Positions 28,789 to 39,493 are shown, counted from the first letter of the stretch. The stretch: 64,000 bases of DNA from Candidatus Bathyarchaeota archaeon (GCA_963807605.1 CAWECG010000003.1:992001-1056000), one strand, 5' to 3'. The notes: generated by a model from the sequence alone, not told the origin. Program-made: numbers and translations.

Positions 28789-29979
28789 TCACAGCTCGAA
28801 CTTCTTCAATTGTTCAAGCACGTACCGTCTCGTCTGGTCTACAGTTGGCGGTCTTTCAACAATTTGTCCTTTTCTTATTATAGGCTTAAGCATAGGCTCT
28901 GTCGAACCTCCACAGCTAGAACATCTAGGTTCACTCCTTTCGAACGGTAAGACAATATCCGTCGTGCACTCACGGCAGCGCCAGACTTGTTTTCTACCGC
29001 TGAGTTTACCTCTCTTCGCTTCAGGCCTTCCCTCCTTCTCTACTATATCCAAGGCGAAGTCTATTGTCGGAGCGTTACTGATCGATGTTCCAACGCCGAA
29101 TCCCCTTGCCCCACCTTCGTAGAGCCTCTTGATGCTCTCCTCGTTCAATCCGCCTGACACGTAGATCTTAACATTGCTATACCCTCGTGTGTCTAGCTCC
29201 CATCTGACCTCCCTTACGAGGTCTACGAAGTTGCCTCTTCTTGATGGAGGCGTATCGAGCCTGACACCATGTAGCTTTTCTTTTAGCGTCTCAGCAGCCA
29301 TAATCGCCTCAGTCTTCTCATCATAGTACGTGTCCACAAGGGCTATTCTCATGACATCTTCCGGCATGACTTCGTCGAAGGCTCTCCAAGCCTTGATCTG
29401 GTCGCCAAAGACCATGATAAGAGCATGAGGCATCGTTCCGGTTGGCTTCTTTCCTATCGCGTCAGCTCCTGAAAGGCTTGAGACGCCATCCAATCCTCCA
29501 ATATATGAGGATCTGTCCACCATTCGGGAAATTCCTGGATGAACTCTCCTGATGCCGAAGGAGATCACAAAACTGTCAATAGCAGCCTTCCTGACCCTTG
29601 CTGATTTTGTAGCTATACCAGAAGCTTGGCAGATCAAACCAAGAAAGGGGGTTTCAAAAATGCAAAAGTCTCCGTAGCTTCCTTCGACAGCGGCAACTGG
29701 CGCACGTAATCCATGTACATCTCTCGGTCGGAAGATGGTCCCCTCACTCATCGAATACACATTTACAGGCAAACCTTCGAAGAGCTGTATCACCTCATCA
29801 ACTCCGCAGAGTACGCCCCAAGACCAGCCGTTAGGCAGTTCACCGGCAGTCGCCTCCATCACAACATTCATGTCTGCTAAACCCTTGGCCTGCAACACCT
29901 CCTTAGTTCTCACAAAGTATACGTCGGTAGTTCCCCCACTCTTGATCTCTTGTTCAGAGGCGATATTGAATCGTGCCAA
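28789..29979 (-). CDS. pncB: nicotinate phosphoribosyltransferase
   Basis: TTDVYF, FG.RR.HP, GTMPH, LVDT, VRLDTP, SGG, GFGVG, KRGK. Confidence 0.93.
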   Translation of the reverse strand: MARFNIASEQEIKSGGTTDVYFVRTKEVLQAKGLADMNVVMEATAGELPNGWSWGVLCGVDEVIQLFEGLPVNVYSMSEGTIFRPRDVHGLRAPVAAVEGSYGDFCIFETPFLGLICQASGIATKSARVRKAAIDSFVISFGIRRVHPGISRMVDRSSYIGGLDGVSSLSGADAIGKKPTGTMPHALIMVFGDQIKAWRAFDEVMPEDVMRIALVDTYYDEKTEAIMAAETLKEKLHGVRLDTPPSRRGNFVDLVREVRWELDTRGYSNVKIYVSGGLNEESIKRLYEGGARGFGVGTSISNAPTIDFALDIVEKEGRPEAKRGKLSGRKQVWRCRECTTDIVLPFERSEPRCSSCGGSTEPMLKPIIRKGQIVERPPTVDQTRRYVLEQLKKFEL

Positions 29980-30300
29980 ATTACATCACACGCAGACCAA
30001 AGATTGTCCTTGGACAAAGTTCAATTGTTACATCTCGAAGCGGCAGGATGTTTAAATAGATTGAGCTTATTTCAAAACAGAAATCCGCTGTGAGAGCATT
30101 ATGAGTGTATTGAAGCTCCCACGCGCGCGTATCACAACTTGTTCAAGAGATCTTATCCAGAAAGATGAGTGTCCTTGACAGAGTTCTTGAGTTACTTTCA
30201 ACGCACCGGAACATTCTGAAAGGTCTTCAAGCTCTGCATAAGCCAGCGCAGGCCGGGAAAAACGCCTGCACTACACAAGTTGAGATTTCACCATTTCTAC

Positions 30301-30639
30301 TCAGGATGTCAAGTACTGTAGTATCGCTGTAATCTGATCCGGAGTGAGCGTAGTCCCAAATGCTGGCATACCTTTATCGATATTGCCTTTCTCTATTGTA
30401 TCTCTGTTTACATTGCTGGCAGTGAGCGCGGGGGCTTTCCCTCCAACACCCTTTGCACCATGGCACGCTTCACAGTTGACTTTGTACAATGCTGCACCGT
30501 CTGCAGCGACGGTTGGCGTCGTAGACTGAGGCGGTGAGTATTGCGAAGTCGGGGCAGGAGATCTAGAAATATAGTAGACTCCAGCCACAGCAATTATCAC
30601 TATAACAACTGCTATCGCTATTATGGAACGACTTACCAA
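30301..30639 (-). CDS. membrane-anchored monoheme c-type cytochrome
   Basis: N-terminal TM, Pro/Ser/Thr linker, G..LY..NCEACHG, axial Met in MPAF. Confidence 0.88.
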   Translation of the reverse strand: MVSRSIIAIAVVIVIIAVAGVYYISRSPAPTSQYSPPQSTTPTVAADGAALYKVNCEACHGAKGVGGKAPALTASNVNRDTIEKGNIDKGMPAFGTTLTPDQITAILQYLTS

Positions 30640-30894
30640 ACCAAATGCACCTAAATAGAAATTTGTTATTGATTGATTTAAAAACTTTTAAAACATGATA
30701 GGCAGCATCAGACTGTACCTTTCGACAACTAAGACAGATTTATCGGGAGTCACAAACGATTAGGTGAGAGAACTACTGGATTTCAAACGATCTAAACGCC
30801 TTTTGGTCCCACTCAAATTCACTCGTAAAGCTTTTGGAACGTCCATTTCCATCTATGCAATAGACTCTCCAAATCGAGACAACTGGAGTGATCG

Positions 30895-31686
30895 ATGATG
30901 AGAAAGAACTGCATCCAGATGACCTTGATCCAAGTTGACAATTACGGACCCTGGACATTGAGCTTGGGGCACCAACGTGAACCGTATCTCCAAGTACTGC
31001 AATCAGAACTCTACGCTGAACTTCAAAGACTCTTTTCCCTCAAAGCGGGTTTAGTTTTTCTTGGCCGATTTGATAACATGTTAGCAGTGACTAACGGGAT
31101 ATCGGTGAAGGATCATTCAGAGATTCAACAGAGCATATGTCAACTTTTTCCTGTAACAGTCAGCATGGGAATCGGCGCGGGGGAGTACCCAATAGAAGCA
31201 CAACTAAACGCCACTAGAGCCCTACAGAATCGAGGTAGCTCAAGGCACGCTGAACGTATAAACGTATTAGCTGTAGAGCAACCTCTCGACTCAGAAGCAG
31301 ACGATTTCGTTCAAATTGCACACATAGATTTAAACGACGTGACGACGCTTACAGACTCCATCTCAGCATACGACGCCTTCGTTACGATGATCAAGGTCCA
31401 CGAGACTTTGGCGAAAGCATTTCTCCAATCGAGGTCACTTGTCTTCTTCGCAGGAGGAGACAATTTCCTAGTAGTATCGAACGGCCTGACAGAGGATAAA
31501 TATCGGAAGATATTGAAGGAAGTCTCAGGCGAAGTCGGCTTAGAAATGAAAGCAGGAATAGGCATTGGAAGAACAGCCTCAGAAGCACTTGAACTAGCAA
31601 GCCGAGCACTTGACAGAATTAGAGCCAAAAGGAACGAAATGTACACCACACCATTCCCACACACGCTCCTTGAGACTAAGTTATGA
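30895..31686 (+). CDS. gch3: GTP cyclohydrolase IIa (III)
   Basis: IQVDNYGPWT, RFDNM, AHID.ND.T, GGDNF, K.GIG. Confidence 0.93.
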   Translation: MMRKNCIQMTLIQVDNYGPWTLSLGHQREPYLQVLQSELYAELQRLFSLKAGLVFLGRFDNMLAVTNGISVKDHSEIQQSICQLFPVTVSMGIGAGEYPIEAQLNATRALQNRGSSRHAERINVLAVEQPLDSEADDFVQIAHIDLNDVTTLTDSISAYDAFVTMIKVHETLAKAFLQSRSLVFFAGGDNFLVVSNGLTEDKYRKILKEVSGEVGLEMKAGIGIGRTASEALELASRALDRIRAKRNEMYTTPFPHTLLETKL

Positions 31687-32927
31687 AGACTTTGATAGAA
31701 GCACCGTTCCTATTGTCAGGGGACGAGATGAAACTCACCAGACAAGGATATGTCCTCATAGATCACGATACAATTGCTGAAGTAGGAACCGGTTCGCGGC
31801 CTCAAACCGAAAAGACCCTCCGATGCAAGCATTCAATCATTATCCCAGGCCTGATAAATTCACACATCCACCTGGGAGATTCAGCGTTCAAAGACGCCGG
31901 CTCAGGAAAGACTCTAGATGAACTCTTCAAACCGCCTAACGGTTTGAAGCACAAGCTACTGAAGGCCGCCACAAGATCCCTTCTATTGGAAGCGGCAAGA
32001 CACAGTCTGGCAGACATGCTGCGCTCCGGAACTACCACCTTCGCTGACTTTCGAGAAGGCTCCATTGAAGGTGCAAGAATTCTTCTCGAAACATTAAAGG
32101 AACATGATATGAGAGGCATAATCTTCGGCCGAACAGACTACAACTTCAGTATAGAACAACTGAACGACAACAAAGGAACAATTCCAAAAAGCGATCTAAC
32201 AACCTTGCATGAATTACTCGAAATGACTCATGGAATAGCCCCAAGCAGTCCCAATGACGCTACAGACGAAGCCCTGAAACAACTAGCAGAAATAGCCAGA
32301 CAACATCAGAGAATGAAGGTCACTCATGCAGTTGAGAATCCACATTCCGAGAAAATCTCAAGGGAACGGAGCGGACTCACCGAGGTAGAGAGAGCTGTCA
32401 GGTATCTTAACGTTGACATGCTAGTTCATTTAACATATGCTTCACAAGAGGATCTGAACTTAGTAGCTGCAAGAGATATCCCAGTTGCGGTATGCCCGCG
32501 AGCAAATGCCTACCTGTCCCTCAAGCTACCTCCCATAGGAGAAATGTTGGATAGAGGAATAACCGTCTGCATAGGAACAGACAATGTGATGCTCAATCAA
32601 CCGGACATGTTCAGAGAGATGGAATTCACCTTCAAAGCCTACCGAATAGAAAAGACCGCAACCCGGCACCTACGTCCCATAGAAGTTTTACGTATGGCAA
32701 CTATTAATGGAGCAAAAGGACTCAGAATCGAACATAAGACTGGATCCATAGCAGAAGGAAAATCCGCGGATTTGGTGATCATAGACCTCGATAAAAATCT
32801 CAGGGATACCAAAGATCTTCTGACATCTCTGGTACATAGAACGGCAGCAGAGGATATCAGTTCAGTCATCGTGAGAGGTAAGATTGCTTATGACAATCAT
32901 ATGGGAAACTCAAGAGAGAACACCTGA
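31683..32927 (+). CDS. metal-dependent amidohydrolase, deaminase subtype
   Basis: PGLINSHIHLGD, GTT.F.DFREG, HAVE, VH, CPR.N, GTDN. Confidence 0.88.
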   Translation: MKTLIEAPFLLSGDEMKLTRQGYVLIDHDTIAEVGTGSRPQTEKTLRCKHSIIIPGLINSHIHLGDSAFKDAGSGKTLDELFKPPNGLKHKLLKAATRSLLLEAARHSLADMLRSGTTTFADFREGSIEGARILLETLKEHDMRGIIFGRTDYNFSIEQLNDNKGTIPKSDLTTLHELLEMTHGIAPSSPNDATDEALKQLAEIARQHQRMKVTHAVENPHSEKISRERSGLTEVERAVRYLNVDMLVHLTYASQEDLNLVAARDIPVAVCPRANAYLSLKLPPIGEMLDRGITVCIGTDNVMLNQPDMFREMEFTFKAYRIEKTATRHLRPIEVLRMATINGAKGLRIEHKTGSIAEGKSADLVIIDLDKNLRDTKDLLTSLVHRTAAEDISSVIVRGKIAYDNHMGNSRENT

Positions 32928-33591
32928 AAACCTCTACAATAGGCCGTACGTTATCTTGAATGCTGCCATGACGCTGGACGGAAAGATAGCAACCAGATCT
33001 CGTGACTCAGAGATCTCTTCGCAGGAAGACCTGACACGTCTGCATCAGTTGAGAGCTAGCGTGGATGCCATAATTGTGGGAGTAGAAACAGTCTTGGCCG
33101 ACGATCCTCAATTGACACCATACCGCGTGGCAGGAAAGAATCCAATTAGAGTGATTCTGGACAGCGTAGCTCGGACCCCGACGACAGCTAGAGTGTTAAG
33201 ACGGGACTCTGCGCGAACACTCGTTGCCGTCACGGAAAGCGCACCCAAAGAAAGGATCGACGCCTTACTTTCTACCGGAGCCGAAATTATTGTGACAGGA
33301 TCAGGAGAGAGAGCAGATATCTCCTCAGTGATGAACACATTGCGCAAACTTGGAGTGAATAAAGTCTTAGTCGAGGGCGGCGGCAATGTAAACTGGAGTC
33401 TAATTAGGCTTGGACTTGTCGATGAGATACGTGTGTCTGTAGCTCCAGTAATAGTCGGAGGCAAGGATGCTGTCACGCTCGTTGAAGGTGAAGGGATGAT
33501 GAAAGTGAGTGACGGAATCAAACTTCTCCTTCAGCGTATCGAGCAGTACGGCAACAATATCGTACTGACATACAGATCACTTTGGAAATGA
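32884..33591 (+). CDS. arfC: 2,5-diamino-6-ribosylamino-4(3H)-pyrimidinone 5'-phosphate reductase (RibD reductase domain only)
   Basis: RPYV..NAAMTLDGKIA, DDP.L, VEGGG..NWS. Confidence 0.92.
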   Translation: MLMTIIWETQERTPENLYNRPYVILNAAMTLDGKIATRSRDSEISSQEDLTRLHQLRASVDAIIVGVETVLADDPQLTPYRVAGKNPIRVILDSVARTPTTARVLRRDSARTLVAVTESAPKERIDALLSTGAEIIVTGSGERADISSVMNTLRKLGVNKVLVEGGGNVNWSLIRLGLVDEIRVSVAPVIVGGKDAVTLVEGEGMMKVSDGIKLLLQRIEQYGNNIVLTYRSLWK

Positions 33592-33597
33592 CGAATA

Positions 33598-34794
33598 ATG
33601 TCGCAGAGATGCGGTCTCGACTCTACCCTGAAGGAGATCCTACACAGGGCCCTTCTCGACAGCCCCCCAACCAGAGGGGAAGCCTATCAGTTGATCAATG
33701 CGGGAGTTGAGGATCTACCCGCGATTGTATCCTGCGCGTCAGCTATCAGAAACACGAAGAAGGGCCACTTGATAAGCTACTCCAAGAAGGTTTTCATCCC
33801 TCTGACCAATATGTGCAGAAACAAATGTGATTACTGCGGCTTTAGAAGAGGGCCCGAAGATCCGGCATCCAAGATGATGATGCCCGACGAGGTGATGAGA
33901 CTTGCAAGAACAGCCGTTAAGGCTGGATGCAGAGAAGCACTATTCGTTCTAGGAGAAAAGCCTGAGATAGCACATCTCAAAGCAATGAAGAAACTTAGCA
34001 GTCTGGGGTACTCATCGACCGCAGATTACCTCCATGACATATGCAAAATGATCCTGAATGAGACGGTACTGCTGCCGCATAGCAATCTTGGGATTCTTTC
34101 AAGAGAGGAACTAGTAAGTTTGAAGGATGTTAATGCAAGCATGGGTCTAATGCTTGAAAGTTCAAGTGTTCGATTATGCGATAAGGGTGGACCGCATCAA
34201 CACAGCCCTGGAAAGAGGCCAAACCTTAGATTGAAGACCATCGAGGAGGCGGGGAGACTCAAAATACCAATGACAACAGGGATACTGATAGGGATTGGCG
34301 AGACACCTGAAGAACGTATCGACTCACTCTACGACCTCAAGCGTTTACACGACAGATACAATCACATCCAAGAAGTAATCATTCAGAATTTTCGCGCTCA
34401 GACCCAAACACCGATGGAGAACAAGGCCGAACCCGATCTCTTTGACATAGCGAGGACTGTGGCAGTAACACGAATAATCTTTCAAGGCAGAACTAACGTC
34501 CAGGCTCCACCAAACCTGATCCCAGACAACTACCAAATGATACTAGATGCTGGAATAAATGATTGGGGTGGAATCTCCGATGTTACACGTGATCTTGTTA
34601 ATCCTCAATCACCATGGCCAAAAGTCGAGGAACTCAGAAAGGCTACAAATGCCGCAGGTTTCCAACTTAAGATGAGGTTGCCGATTTATCCGGAATACAT
34701 AAAGCAGATGCATGGGTACCTCCCGAAATGCTTGGAGAGTAAAGTAATGTCGCAGGTTGATAGCGAGGGATACGCGCTGGAGGAGAGTATTTGA
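33598..34794 (+). CDS. cofG: FO synthase subunit CofG
   Basis: VFIPLT..CRNKCDYC, EALF..GEKP, ASMGLMLE, H..SP.K, NDWGG.S.VT.D.VNP..PWP. Confidence 0.93.
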   Translation: MSQRCGLDSTLKEILHRALLDSPPTRGEAYQLINAGVEDLPAIVSCASAIRNTKKGHLISYSKKVFIPLTNMCRNKCDYCGFRRGPEDPASKMMMPDEVMRLARTAVKAGCREALFVLGEKPEIAHLKAMKKLSSLGYSSTADYLHDICKMILNETVLLPHSNLGILSREELVSLKDVNASMGLMLESSSVRLCDKGGPHQHSPGKRPNLRLKTIEEAGRLKIPMTTGILIGIGETPEERIDSLYDLKRLHDRYNHIQEVIIQNFRAQTQTPMENKAEPDLFDIARTVAVTRIIFQGRTNVQAPPNLIPDNYQMILDAGINDWGGISDVTRDLVNPQSPWPKVEELRKATNAAGFQLKMRLPIYPEYIKQMHGYLPKCLESKVMSQVDSEGYALEESI

Positions 34795-35966
34795 AAGAAT
34801 CATTAGTGCAAGAGCATTCATCTTTGAGTGGTTTCCTCAGCAAAATCTCCCTCTCGATCGACCCAGTGGTATCGAATATACTCGACAAAGCACTTGATGG
34901 AAAGGAGCTTTCACGGAAAGACGCTATTGAACTCTTCAACACTAGTGGAACAGGTTTTGAGCTGTTGATGTTTGTTGCCAACGAAATCAGGCGAAGAACA
35001 GTTGGGAATGTTGTGACCTATGTGGTCAATCGCAACATAAACTTCACAAATATTTGCATAGCCAAGTGTGGTTTCTGTGCTTTCAGCAGAGAACCGAATG
35101 ATCCTGACGCCTACACTCTGTCTGCAGAGGAGGTGGCTGCAAGAGCTGAAGAGGGTTGGAGAGCCGGAGCAACAGAGGTCTGCATCCAAGGCGGATTAAA
35201 CCCAACTTTTGACGGACATTTATACGCGCAGATCTGTCAGGCCGTCAAAGAAAAGATCCCTATGCTGCACATTCATGCTTTCTCACCCATGGAGATCGTG
35301 TACGGGGCAGAGAAAACAGGCTTGACTATAACCGAACACCTGAAGATGTTAAAGGAGGCTGGGTTGGACAGCATTCCGGGGACAGCGGCAGAGATACTTG
35401 ACGATAACGTAAGGAGAATAATCTGTCCAAGAAAGATAAATGTCCAGACATGGATTGACGTAGTAAAGACAGCCCATAAACTCGGGATACCAACAACCTC
35501 AACGATGATGTACGGTCATGTAGATCAGCCCCAGCAGTGGGTAGAACATATCTCTTTGCTAAGAGATATTCAGAAAGAAACCCATGGTTTTACAGAATTC
35601 ATACCACTAAGTTTCATCCACCCAAACACACCACTATACAAAAATGGGCAGGCCGGACCCGGGGCAACCGGTTCCCAAGACATAAAGGTACACGCCGTAT
35701 CAAGACTTATGCTGAGCGGCTACATAAACAACATCCAGGCTTCATGGGTCAAGTTAGGACCCAAAGTGGCCCAGATGTGCCTAGCAGCTGGTGCCAATGA
35801 CTTGGGCGGAACGCTAATGGAAGAGAACATCTCAAGGACCGCCGGAGCAACCAATGGCCAAATCTTGGATCCGGCGGAGATGATGAGACTCATAAGCGAT
35901 ATGGGGAGAATCCCAGCTCAACGGAACACAACCTACAAAATACTGAAGGTGTCTCAAAGCAAATAG
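34791..35966 (+). CDS. cofH: FO synthase subunit CofH
   Basis: TYVVNRNINFTNIC...C.FC, EVCIQGG, PGTAAEIL, QASWVK, NDLGGTLMEE; adjacent to cofG. Confidence 0.92.
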   Translation: MKESLVQEHSSLSGFLSKISLSIDPVVSNILDKALDGKELSRKDAIELFNTSGTGFELLMFVANEIRRRTVGNVVTYVVNRNINFTNICIAKCGFCAFSREPNDPDAYTLSAEEVAARAEEGWRAGATEVCIQGGLNPTFDGHLYAQICQAVKEKIPMLHIHAFSPMEIVYGAEKTGLTITEHLKMLKEAGLDSIPGTAAEILDDNVRRIICPRKINVQTWIDVVKTAHKLGIPTTSTMMYGHVDQPQQWVEHISLLRDIQKETHGFTEFIPLSFIHPNTPLYKNGQAGPGATGSQDIKVHAVSRLMLSGYINNIQASWVKLGPKVAQMCLAAGANDLGGTLMEENISRTAGATNGQILDPAEMMRLISDMGRIPAQRNTTYKILKVSQSK

Positions 35967-36028
35967 AAACCATTGCTTCTGAACGTTGCTATTACTAGAG
36001 AAGAAAAACCTCACCACAATATCGTGGA

Positions 36029-36553
36029 TTGATGGCCATGCTTAGAAAGAGGTATAGTCCATCCTCCAGAAAAGCCGCGGTGACAGCGGTTCTCGCCGCA
36101 ACCGCGATCGTCCTATCACCTCTATCCTTTCCGATAGGTCCGACTAGGGTGTATCCTGCCCAACATATGATAAATGGTGTCGGAGGTGTGCTCTTGGGTC
36201 CATGGTACGCAACGCTTGTCGCAGTAGTCGCCGCGATCATACGAAATGCCTTAGGTACTGGCACGATATTCGCTTTTCCCGGGGGAATTCCAGGAGCACT
36301 AATTGTAGGCGTGATCCACAAATATCTCTGGAAGAAGGACTTTGCAGCTCTCACTGAGCCTATCGGAACCACGATCGGCGCGGTTATTAGTGCCTTATTT
36401 GTATCGCCTTTGGCGCTCCAGTTAGGCTTCACTGGATTGACTCTTCCACTGGAAGCCTTCATAGTCGCTTTCCTTGTCAGTAGCGTTCCTGGATCCATTC
36501 TGGGGCTTGCGGTGCTGCTGGTGATGCGAAAGACTCGGAGTCTGATCCCCTAG
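36029..36553 (+). CDS. thiW: ECF thiazole transporter S component ThiW
   Basis: P.QHMIN, LLGPWY, IRN.LGTGT.FAFPG, EPIGT. Confidence 0.9.
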   Translation: MMAMLRKRYSPSSRKAAVTAVLAATAIVLSPLSFPIGPTRVYPAQHMINGVGGVLLGPWYATLVAVVAAIIRNALGTGTIFAFPGGIPGALIVGVIHKYLWKKDFAALTEPIGTTIGAVISALFVSPLALQLGFTGLTLPLEAFIVAFLVSSVPGSILGLAVLLVMRKTRSLIP

Positions 36554-36645
36554 TAAATAAGATTCATAACAAAATACGGTCTCCCAACTACAGATCGGCT
36601 CTCTGACATGAGGTTCTGGTGAATTTCGCGTAAGGAAGTGAAGTT

Positions 36646-37239
36646 ATGCAGTCATTCTCAAAAGTAGAGCCTGGGCTAACGTATCCTTTCTCTTCCGTAG
36701 CTCATAAGAGAACTCTGATTCTGGGTGATCTCTCCTCGGGAAAAACCGTTTTGACAGCTAGGATGCTTGTCGACGCACTAAAATCAGAAGATCTCTGCGA
36801 AATAACGATAATCGATCTTGCTCCCGAAAAGGTCCTGTACAACAGAAAAGCCCTAGGTGGCAGGATTGCAGATGAATTGAGGTTGCCCCTCCGGCTTAGG
36901 GTACTTCAGCCAAGAAAGATCAATACGCCCAGATTCTCAGCCAAGAATAGTAGCGATTTGCTTCGTCAGGTTGAAGAGAATCATGCAATGATCGAAGAGA
37001 TAATCGACCTCTACCTCGGAAAACCAACACCTATACTTTTCGTCAACGATGTCTCTCTTTATTTGCAATCAGGGAAATTCGAAAAGATCTTCAAGCTCAT
37101 TGAAGAAGCAGACACCTTTATTGCCAATGCTTACTACGGAATGTCTCTCAAGGATGACCTCGGGACAGGGATCTCAGCCTTGGAGAGGCAGCTTGTGGAA
37201 GGTGTTGCGAGACAAGTCGATCTTGTGATACACCTCTAA
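36646..37239 (+). CDS. uncharacterised P-loop NTPase-like protein
   Basis: GDLSSGKT; IIDLAP; LFVND.SLYL; NAYYG. Confidence 0.7.
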   Translation: MQSFSKVEPGLTYPFSSVAHKRTLILGDLSSGKTVLTARMLVDALKSEDLCEITIIDLAPEKVLYNRKALGGRIADELRLPLRLRVLQPRKINTPRFSAKNSSDLLRQVEENHAMIEEIIDLYLGKPTPILFVNDVSLYLQSGKFEKIFKLIEEADTFIANAYYGMSLKDDLGTGISALERQLVEGVARQVDLVIHL

Positions 37240-37256
37240 ATTCCTGCCACGCACGT

Positions 37257-37460
37257 TCATGAAGCGTTTAGCATCAAGCATGACGTCCGTAACAGAGTTA
37301 TTACGCCAGTTCCGAAAGCAATTGCAATTAGAGTCATCACCAGTCTCTCAACTGCTGAGACGGGCAACATGAAGATGAACAGTACAGGTATACCAGGAAG
37401 AGTCATCGAAGTTAAGATTGAACTTACGACCTCTAACGGAATGAACGATCCCAATCCCAA
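37257..37460 (-). pseudogene. C-terminal fragment of a membrane protein (ECF S-component-like)
   Basis: Hydrophobic LFIFMLPVSAVERLVMTLIAIAFG; 5' part absent. Confidence 0.45.
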
Positions 37461-38060
37461 GATGAAAAGAGTGCTACAGCGGGAACGTATTCAGGATATT
37501 TCATCGCCAACTCCTTATTCTATACACTCGGCGTTCTTTTTGTCCTGGGTACAGGGGTTTCCGATAGTGTACGTGCCATAACCACCCTTGCCTACGGGAT
37601 CCCAGCTCTGCTGCTGATCCTCGTTGACGAGACAGACAATGGTTTTGCAGACATCAATTGTGCATCGGTTTCGATACAGAACATATGGCCCAAGATCTCA
37701 CAAAAGCTACTCGTAACCTTGATTGGGCTGGCCGGAATGCTAGTTGCCTTATTCCTTCCTATTGAGCAGTACACCTCATTCCTTTTGTTGATAGGATCTC
37801 TATTCATACCACTATTCGGAGTAGTTGTCACCGATTATGTCTTCGTCAAGAGAAGAAGATACTCGACTGAAGACCTATACAGGAACAGCGGGAACTACTG
37901 GTATCATAGGGGAGTGAGTCGTCTGGCTATCGGCGCATGGTTCATAGAAGCTCTCTCTTACCACGTCATAGTAACCTATTCATCTTGGCTCGGTGCCTCA
38001 GTTCCAAGCTTCATAATGGCAGCTTTCACATATTGGATAGCTATGGAGCTGAAGAAATGA
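37461..38060 (+). pseudogene. cytX: 5'-truncated CytX-like hydroxymethylpyrimidine/purine-cytosine permease
   Basis: Startless open frame DEKSATAGTYSGYFIANSLFYTLG...LILVDETDNGFADI...FLLLIGSLFIPLFGVVVTDY; overlaps the thiDN start. Confidence 0.7.
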
Positions 38061-39463
38061 CAACCTCTTATGAAGGTCTTCTAGGGATCGGCGCAATCCC
38101 TAGAGCATTAACTATAGCCGGTTCTGACTCAGGAGGCGGTGCCGGGATCCAAGCTGACCTAAAGACTTTCGCAGCCCTAGGGATCCATGGCATGAGCGCC
38201 TTAACCTCAATAACTGCTCAGAATACACTTGGAGTCGATGCTGTCCAAGACCTACCACCTGAGATCGTAAGGGCCCAGATAGACTCTGTCGCACGTGATA
38301 TTGGTATCGATGCAGCGAAGACGGGAATGCTTCATACCTCCAAGATAATCAATGCTGTAGCTGAAGAGATCAACCGATACGGGCTCCCAACCGTAGTGGA
38401 TCCTGTTATGGTCGCCAAGAGTGGGGCGATCCTCCTTGAACCTGATGCAATAGAGTTGATGAAGAGCAAACTTGTCCCACTTGCACTCGTCATAACCCCA
38501 AACGCCCCAGAGGCCGAAGCCCTCAGTGGACTAAAAGTCAGATCCTGTGATGAAGCGGTGGCTGCGGCTAAGAAGATCGCAAATCTTGGCCCCAGAGCGG
38601 TTGTTGTAAAGGGTGGCCATATTCAAGGTGAAAGCGTTGTTGACCTACTATACATCGATGGAGCCATAAAGAGATTCGAAGCCGAACGCTTCAATTCAGA
38701 TACGACGCATGGTACAGGGTGCAGTTTCTCCGCAGCTATCACGGCGGAGATAGCGAAGGGCAAAGGAATCGTTGAAGCGGTTGCTTCAGCGCAGAGGGTT
38801 GTCAGCGATGCAATAAGATTTGGCCTCAAGCTCGGCAAGGGTTACGGTCCCGTAAACCCTCTTGCTGCTCTCTATAGGGAGGCTGAGAGGTACCGGGTGA
38901 TAAGGAATGTCTCAGAGGCCTTAGAAGCGCTTCAAATGGATACCAACCTTCACTATCTCATACCAGAATCTCAGACAAACCTAGCCATGGCCCTTCCAAA
39001 TGCGACCGGACCAGACGATGTTGCGGCTGTGCCAGGTCGAATAGTAAGAATAGGTAAACGAACACACGCATCGGCATGTCCACAATTTGGAGTATCCAAG
39101 CATGTCGGCTCAACCATCGTTACGGCTCATAAGTACGATCCGATGGTTAGAGCTGCAATGAACATCAGATTCTCAGAGGAGATACTGCAAATCTGTGAAA
39201 GGCTGAAACTGACTATATCTTCTTACGATAGAGCGATAGAGCCTCCGGAAGTCAAATTCACAGAAGGAAGGACAACCGCTTGGGGTGCTGAACAGGCGAT
39301 TAAACAGATCGGTCGGGTGCCAGACATAATCTTTCACAAAGGCGACTGGGGTAAAGAACCAATGATAACCATCGTGGGTCGAACCGCAGTCGAAGTCGTA
39401 AAGATAGCTCAGAATATCGCCGCGGAATACGCCAGAACCCAGCCTAAGAACGAGTCCAAATGA
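38057..39463 (+). CDS. thiD: HMP/HMP-P kinase fused to ThiN thiamine-phosphate synthase (ThiDN)
   Basis: [29 protein letters not shown]; C-terminal IPE.QTN...GRI...GKEPM. Confidence 0.93.
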   Translation: MTTSYEGLLGIGAIPRALTIAGSDSGGGAGIQADLKTFAALGIHGMSALTSITAQNTLGVDAVQDLPPEIVRAQIDSVARDIGIDAAKTGMLHTSKIINAVAEEINRYGLPTVVDPVMVAKSGAILLEPDAIELMKSKLVPLALVITPNAPEAEALSGLKVRSCDEAVAAAKKIANLGPRAVVVKGGHIQGESVVDLLYIDGAIKRFEAERFNSDTTHGTGCSFSAAITAEIAKGKGIVEAVASAQRVVSDAIRFGLKLGKGYGPVNPLAALYREAERYRVIRNVSEALEALQMDTNLHYLIPESQTNLAMALPNATGPDDVAAVPGRIVRIGKRTHASACPQFGVSKHVGSTIVTAHKYDPMVRAAMNIRFSEEILQICERLKLTISSYDRAIEPPEVKFTEGRTTAWGAEQAIKQIGRVPDIIFHKGDWGKEPMITIVGRTAVEVVKIAQNIAAEYARTQPKNESK

Positions 39464-39493
39464 ATTTCAATGAATCCCTCGATAATGAGAAAC

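Noticed and set aside
35967-36030. TPP riboswitch upstream of thiW
   Set aside because: The gap is only about 60 bp and lacks the TPP aptamer consensus.
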